NCBI GenBank assembly: GCA_963769425.1
Contig: CAVYLP010000004.1
Coordinates: 263,088-327,087 of the forward strand
Direction of reading: 5' to 3'
DNA length: 64,000 nucleotides
From: Candidatus Bathyarchaeota archaeon
Lineage (GTDB): Archaea > Thermoproteota > Bathyarchaeia > TCS64
Shown: piece by piece, positions 60,520 through 64,000 of the stretch
Numbering within the stretch: the stretch's first letter is position 1
Layout of the letters: each line of letters starts with the position of its first letter
Program-made: the position numbers and the translations under genes
The notes under the pieces: model-generated
The model's input: the letters and a program-made list of their open reading frames with translations, nothing else
The model's database searches: none
Told to the model about the DNA's origin: nothing

Positions 60520-61119
60520 TTATATAGGCGTGGTTTTATATTTTAGGGTGTTTAGGCCGGCGTCTTTGAGCATATCGTGCAGTAGACTCAGGGGTAGGCC
60601 GACGACGTTGTAAAAGCAGCCCTCAACGCCCTCGATTGTCACCGCGCCGATCCCTTGGGCGGCGTATGCGCCCGCCTTATCCATTGGCTCCCCCGTGGCG
60701 ACGTAGGCGTCGATCTCGTCCTCGCCCAGCCGACGCATCGAGACCTTCGTCTCTTCTGTCTGGATGTCGCATAAGCTTTTTTCCTTAATGACGACTGCTA
60801 CCGCCGATATTACCGTGTGTATTCTGCCACTGAGAACCAGGAGCATGCGTTTAGCATCATCGGCGTCCTTAGGTTTCTCAATGATTCTACCGTCTAAGAC
60901 CACGATTGTGTCCGCCGCCACGACGATTCGATCGGGGTATCTGGCCGAAACCGCCTCCACCTTCTTCAATGCGTTCTCCCTGACATGCATAATCGGATCG
61001 GATGACTCACTATTCTCAACGTCGCCTGGGTCTACAACCTCGAAGGCGATTTCCAGCTGCCTCAAAAGGGACGCCCTGCGGGGGGAGGTCGACGCGAGCA
61101 CCAGCACTTGACCGTTCAA
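60520..61119 (-). CDS. maf: Maf-family nucleoside triphosphate pyrophosphatase
   Basis: VLASTSPRR...L N-terminal motif. 199 aa. Confidence 0.85.
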   Translation of the reverse strand: MNGQVLVLASTSPRRASLLRQLEIAFEVVDPGDVENSESSDPIMHVRENALKKVEAVSARYPDRIVVAADTIVVLDGRIIEKPKDADDAKRMLLVLSGRIHTVISAVAVVIKEKSLCDIQTEETKVSMRRLGEDEIDAYVATGEPMDKAGAYAAQGIGAVTIEGVEGCFYNVVGLPLSLLHDMLKDAGLNTLKYKTTPI

Positions 61120-61197
61120 AGATTATCACCCTCAGCGTTTTATCTCGGAGCGGGATTCACAGAGATGGGGTAAGCCGCGGGTATAAGAGTGATTGTG

Positions 61198-61749
61198 ATG
61201 GAGAAAATATACTACTCGGCGCTTGAGACGCCACTAGGAAGGATGTGGGTAGCCGCCTCGGAGCGCGGGCTAGTCCAGTTCGACATGACGGACGATAAAG
61301 AGGGCTTCATGAGAGAGCTGAAAGAGAGGATCAAGGCTGAATACGTCGAAGATCCTAGTAAGTTCAAGCAGCTGCGGGCCGAGCTCGAACGTTACTTCAG
61401 TGGAGAGAAGCTCATCTTCAAAGGTCCATTCGACATGAGGGGAACGCCCTTCCAAGTGGATGTCTGGAAGGCGATCCACTCCATCCCCAACGGGAAACTG
61501 ACTAGCTACGGCGGGATAGCGAAGCAGATCGGGCGGCCGAAGGCGGTCCGTGCAGTTGGAAACGCCGTGGGTGACAACCCAATGGGACTTATAGTCCCTT
61601 GCCATAGGGTGGTATCCTCGGACGGGGGCATCGGCGGCTTCAGCACAGGCCTCGAGTGGAAGAGGAAGCTCCTCGCTCAAGAGGGCATCCTAGGGTCCTC
61701 CGAGGGAAAGCCCGAGACGGGCCTCGACCTGCGCAAGTTCTTCAAGTGA
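61198..61749 (+). CDS. ogt: methylated-DNA-protein-cysteine methyltransferase
   Basis: PCHRVV active site. ATG at 61198, or GTG at 61189. Confidence 0.85.
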   Translation: MEKIYYSALETPLGRMWVAASERGLVQFDMTDDKEGFMRELKERIKAEYVEDPSKFKQLRAELERYFSGEKLIFKGPFDMRGTPFQVDVWKAIHSIPNGKLTSYGGIAKQIGRPKAVRAVGNAVGDNPMGLIVPCHRVVSSDGGIGGFSTGLEWKRKLLAQEGILGSSEGKPETGLDLRKFFK

Positions 61750-61786
61750 CCGCTAGTATTTTCCCGCGCCGAGGTGTTCCTCATCC

Positions 61787-63298
61787 ATGGCTACAAAGAG
61801 GATCGTGCTCGGCACCTTCAGCCACGAGACAAACGTGCTGTCGAACATCAAGACGGACCTCTCTGAGTTCCGGAAGAGGCACCTGTTCCACGGGGACGAG
61901 ATCCCGCCCCACTTCCGAGGGACGAAGACCGCCGCGGGAGGTCTGATCGATGGGTGCGAGAAGAACGGGTTCGAGTTTGTAGAGACTGTGCACGCGTCAG
62001 CTACACCCAGCGGCATCATCGTAGAGGAGGCTTACGAGCACATCCTCGGCGCGATGCTCGACGGGATCAAGGCGGCGAAGCCCTTCGACGCCGTAGCCCT
62101 CCATCTTCACGGTGCTGCCGTCGCCGAGGGGCACGACGATGTCGAGGGGGACGTCCTCAGCGAGGTTCGGAAGCTCATAGGAAAGAAGCCACTCGTCGCC
62201 AGCTTCGACCTCCACGCCAACTACACCGAGAAGATGGTAAGGGAGGCAGACATCTCAGTCGGCTACGACACCTACCCCCATATAGACGAGTACGAGCGCG
62301 CCGTAGAGTCCGTCGACTTGCTTGCCAAGATGCTCGACGGCAAGCTGAAGCCTACGAGGGCGCTGAGGCAACCCCCGATGCTCCCCGCACTACAGGCACA
62401 GTTCACGGGGAGGTACCCGATGGCGAAGCTTCTCGAAGAGGCTCACCGGATGGAGCAGCTACCCGGAGTCGAGGCGGTCACTGTCGCCGCGGGCTTCCCC
62501 TGGAGCGACATAAAGGAGGCTGGCATGAGCTTCATAGTCATCACGAACAACGACCAGAAGCAGGCAGACGCCCTCGCCGAGGAGCTAAGCGACCTCGCGT
62601 GGTCGATCCGTAGGGACTTTCTAGTCAAGCCGATGCCCGTGAGGGACGCTTTGAAGAAAGTGAAGGCGGCCAAGGAGGGGCCTATCGTCCTTGCAGACAT
62701 CGGTGATAACCCCGGGGGCGGCACCCCCTGCGACGGCACATTCGTCCTCAAGGCAGTCCTCGAGGAGGGATTAACCAGCGGCATCTTCGGCGTCATCTGG
62801 GACCCCGCAGCCGCGGCGAAAGCAGCAAGAGCCGGGCCAGGGAAGGAGATTGAGGTAAACCTCGGTGGTCACACGGACCGGCTCCACGGAAAACCGATCA
62901 GGGTCAAGGCGCACGTGAAGAGCGTAAGCGACGGGAAGTGGCTGGTAAAGGGTCCGATGGGCACCGGTTCGCTCACCGAGATGGGCCTCACAGCCGTCCT
63001 GAATGTCGCCGGAAATGACTTGATAGTCACGTCGCTCCGACTCCAGCCACTGGACCTAGAGCTATACCGTAGCCAGGGGATTGAGCCGACATCGGCGAAG
63101 TTCATCGTTGTGAAGTCGAGTGTTCACTATCGCGCAAGCCACGAACCCGTCGCCAAGGAGATAATCGAGCTCGACACACCCGGCCTAACATCGCCACGTC
63201 TCGCGGGCTTCAAGTTCCGCAAGATTAGGCGACCTATCTTTCCCCTCGACTTCGAGATGCTTGGAATAACCGAGCTCAAGAGGATGGACGAGGAGTAG
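61787..63298 (+). CDS. MlrC-like M81-family metallopeptidase
   Basis: 503 aa. Two-domain organization with N-terminal LGTFSHETN. Confidence 0.65.
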   Translation: MATKRIVLGTFSHETNVLSNIKTDLSEFRKRHLFHGDEIPPHFRGTKTAAGGLIDGCEKNGFEFVETVHASATPSGIIVEEAYEHILGAMLDGIKAAKPFDAVALHLHGAAVAEGHDDVEGDVLSEVRKLIGKKPLVASFDLHANYTEKMVREADISVGYDTYPHIDEYERAVESVDLLAKMLDGKLKPTRALRQPPMLPALQAQFTGRYPMAKLLEEAHRMEQLPGVEAVTVAAGFPWSDIKEAGMSFIVITNNDQKQADALAEELSDLAWSIRRDFLVKPMPVRDALKKVKAAKEGPIVLADIGDNPGGGTPCDGTFVLKAVLEEGLTSGIFGVIWDPAAAAKAARAGPGKEIEVNLGGHTDRLHGKPIRVKAHVKSVSDGKWLVKGPMGTGSLTEMGLTAVLNVAGNDLIVTSLRLQPLDLELYRSQGIEPTSAKFIVVKSSVHYRASHEPVAKEIIELDTPGLTSPRLAGFKFRKIRRPIFPLDFEMLGITELKRMDEE

Positions 63299-64000
63299 AG
63301 AGGACGCGCTCGTAGGCAGCTAGGTGCTGGTCGATGACATTCCCCACCTCGTGAACGGATGAGACGTAGCGTCTGCCCTTCTCCCCAAGCTCCTTCCAAT
63401 TCCCCTCCAGCAGCCACCGGAGCCCCGAGGCGTAGTCGCCCCCCTTCACGTGGTAGCCGAACCCGCTGGCGAAGCCGTCGGGGTCGTGCGGGCTGAGGAT
63501 GGCGCACCCGTGGGCGGCCGCCTCGAGGAAGCTGACGGGTAGGCACTCGCTCACGCTCGTGTTCACGAGGACCCAGCTCGACGACAGCAGTGCCTCCTTT
63601 TCGATTCCCTCGATGAAGCCGGGGAACTCGAGGTTTCGCACGGGGTAGTACTTCCTCACGAGGTTATCGTCACGGCTCTTGCTGTTGGCTTTCCCCGCGG
63701 CGACGAACCTTACACCGGGGAACTCCTTTGCTAGCTCGAAGAACGTCTCGGGCCTCTTCTCCCTGTCGAACCTGCCGAGAAAGCAGACCATGGGTGTCTT
63801 CGCTTTGGTGGGGGTTCTCTTCGGTACCCTCACGGGATTCGGGAGAAACAACGGGTCCTCCGCAAGATTGTATAGTGCCTTTGTCTTGGGTACGATGTAC
63901 TTGGCCTGGCAGTAGACGGCGTCGAGCCTCTTGACGCAACCATCGACGCCTGGGCAGATGAAGGCATTATAGAGCTTGCGCCTAAGAGGGTAGTACCTCT
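63276..64000 (-). CDS. glycosyltransferase family 4 (GT-B). The N-terminal portion runs off the window.
   Basis: C-terminal domain E...LEAAAHGCAILSPH. The frame stays open, with no stop, from 63852 to the window end. Confidence 0.7.
   Translation of the reverse strand, partial: RYYPLRRKLYNAFICPGVDGCVKRLDAVYCQAKYIVPKTKALYNLAEDPLFLPNPVRVPKRTPTKAKTPMVCFLGRFDREKRPETFFELAKEFPGVRFVAAGKANSKSRDDNLVRKYYPVRNLEFPGFIEGIEKEALLSSSWVLVNTSVSECLPVSFLEAAAHGCAILSPHDPDGFASGFGYHVKGGDYASGLRWLLEGNWKELGEKGRRYVSSVHEVGNVIDQHLAAYERVLSTPRPSS

Overview
The window reads as a high-GC (~60%) archaeal chromosomal segment. At the 5' end is an ESCRT-III/Vps4 (Cdv-type) cell-division locus: two Snf7-family paralogs, a Vps4 AAA-ATPase with an MIT domain, and a small co-oriented membrane-hairpin ORF. 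Next comes a purine/SAM-salvage cluster (adenosine deaminase, frameshifted MFS transporter, MTAP, a formyltransferase-family gene), then pyrG, gpmI, an enolase-superfamily gene and a four-subunit-type 2-oxoacid:ferredoxin oxidoreductase (fused gamma-delta, alpha, beta). From about 16.5 to 30.3 kb the composition drops sharply to roughly 25-45% GC. This stretch holds a lone ultra-AT-rich HEPN-motif gene, a thioredoxin-like gene, an intact tyrosine integrase, and about 10 kb of small, mostly orphan ORFs. Those ORFs include a second HEPN-motif protein, a PIN-like protein, a JAB/MPN-like protein, an RHH regulator, a RarA C-terminal fragment, iteron-like inverted TTTATAC repeats, and a 448-aa orphan protein. 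I interpret it as an integrated mobile element or defence island of foreign origin. I found no tRNA and no CRISPR array. After the island the host genes resume: LarA-family, SerB-like, MetB/C-family, an HTH regulator behind a conspicuous double palindrome, LuxS (without a canonical start), a split and frameshifted UxaA-type dehydratase, rubrerythrin-like, beta-propeller, CinA-like, glyS, a GATase, an HhH-GPD glycosylase, sdhB (frameshifted), sdhA, class II fumarase/aspartase, the archaeal DUF35-thiolase-HMG-CoA synthase mevalonate trio, DUF362, Gfo/Idh/MocA, GNAT, myo-inositol-1-phosphate synthase, a GPN-loop GTPase, an OCD-family gene, TANGO2/NRDE, a CBS protein, a D-2-hydroxyacid dehydrogenase, a ferredoxin, DUF47 plus a Na/Pi cotransporter, maf, ogt, an MlrC-like peptidase and a partial GT4 glycosyltransferase. 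Several conserved housekeeping genes carry single-base frameshifts: the MFS transporter (three), the amidohydrolase, UxaA and sdhB. LuxS lacks a canonical start. This pattern looks more like assembly indel errors than real pseudogenes. All calls come from reading the translations and sequence by eye. No database search was run.
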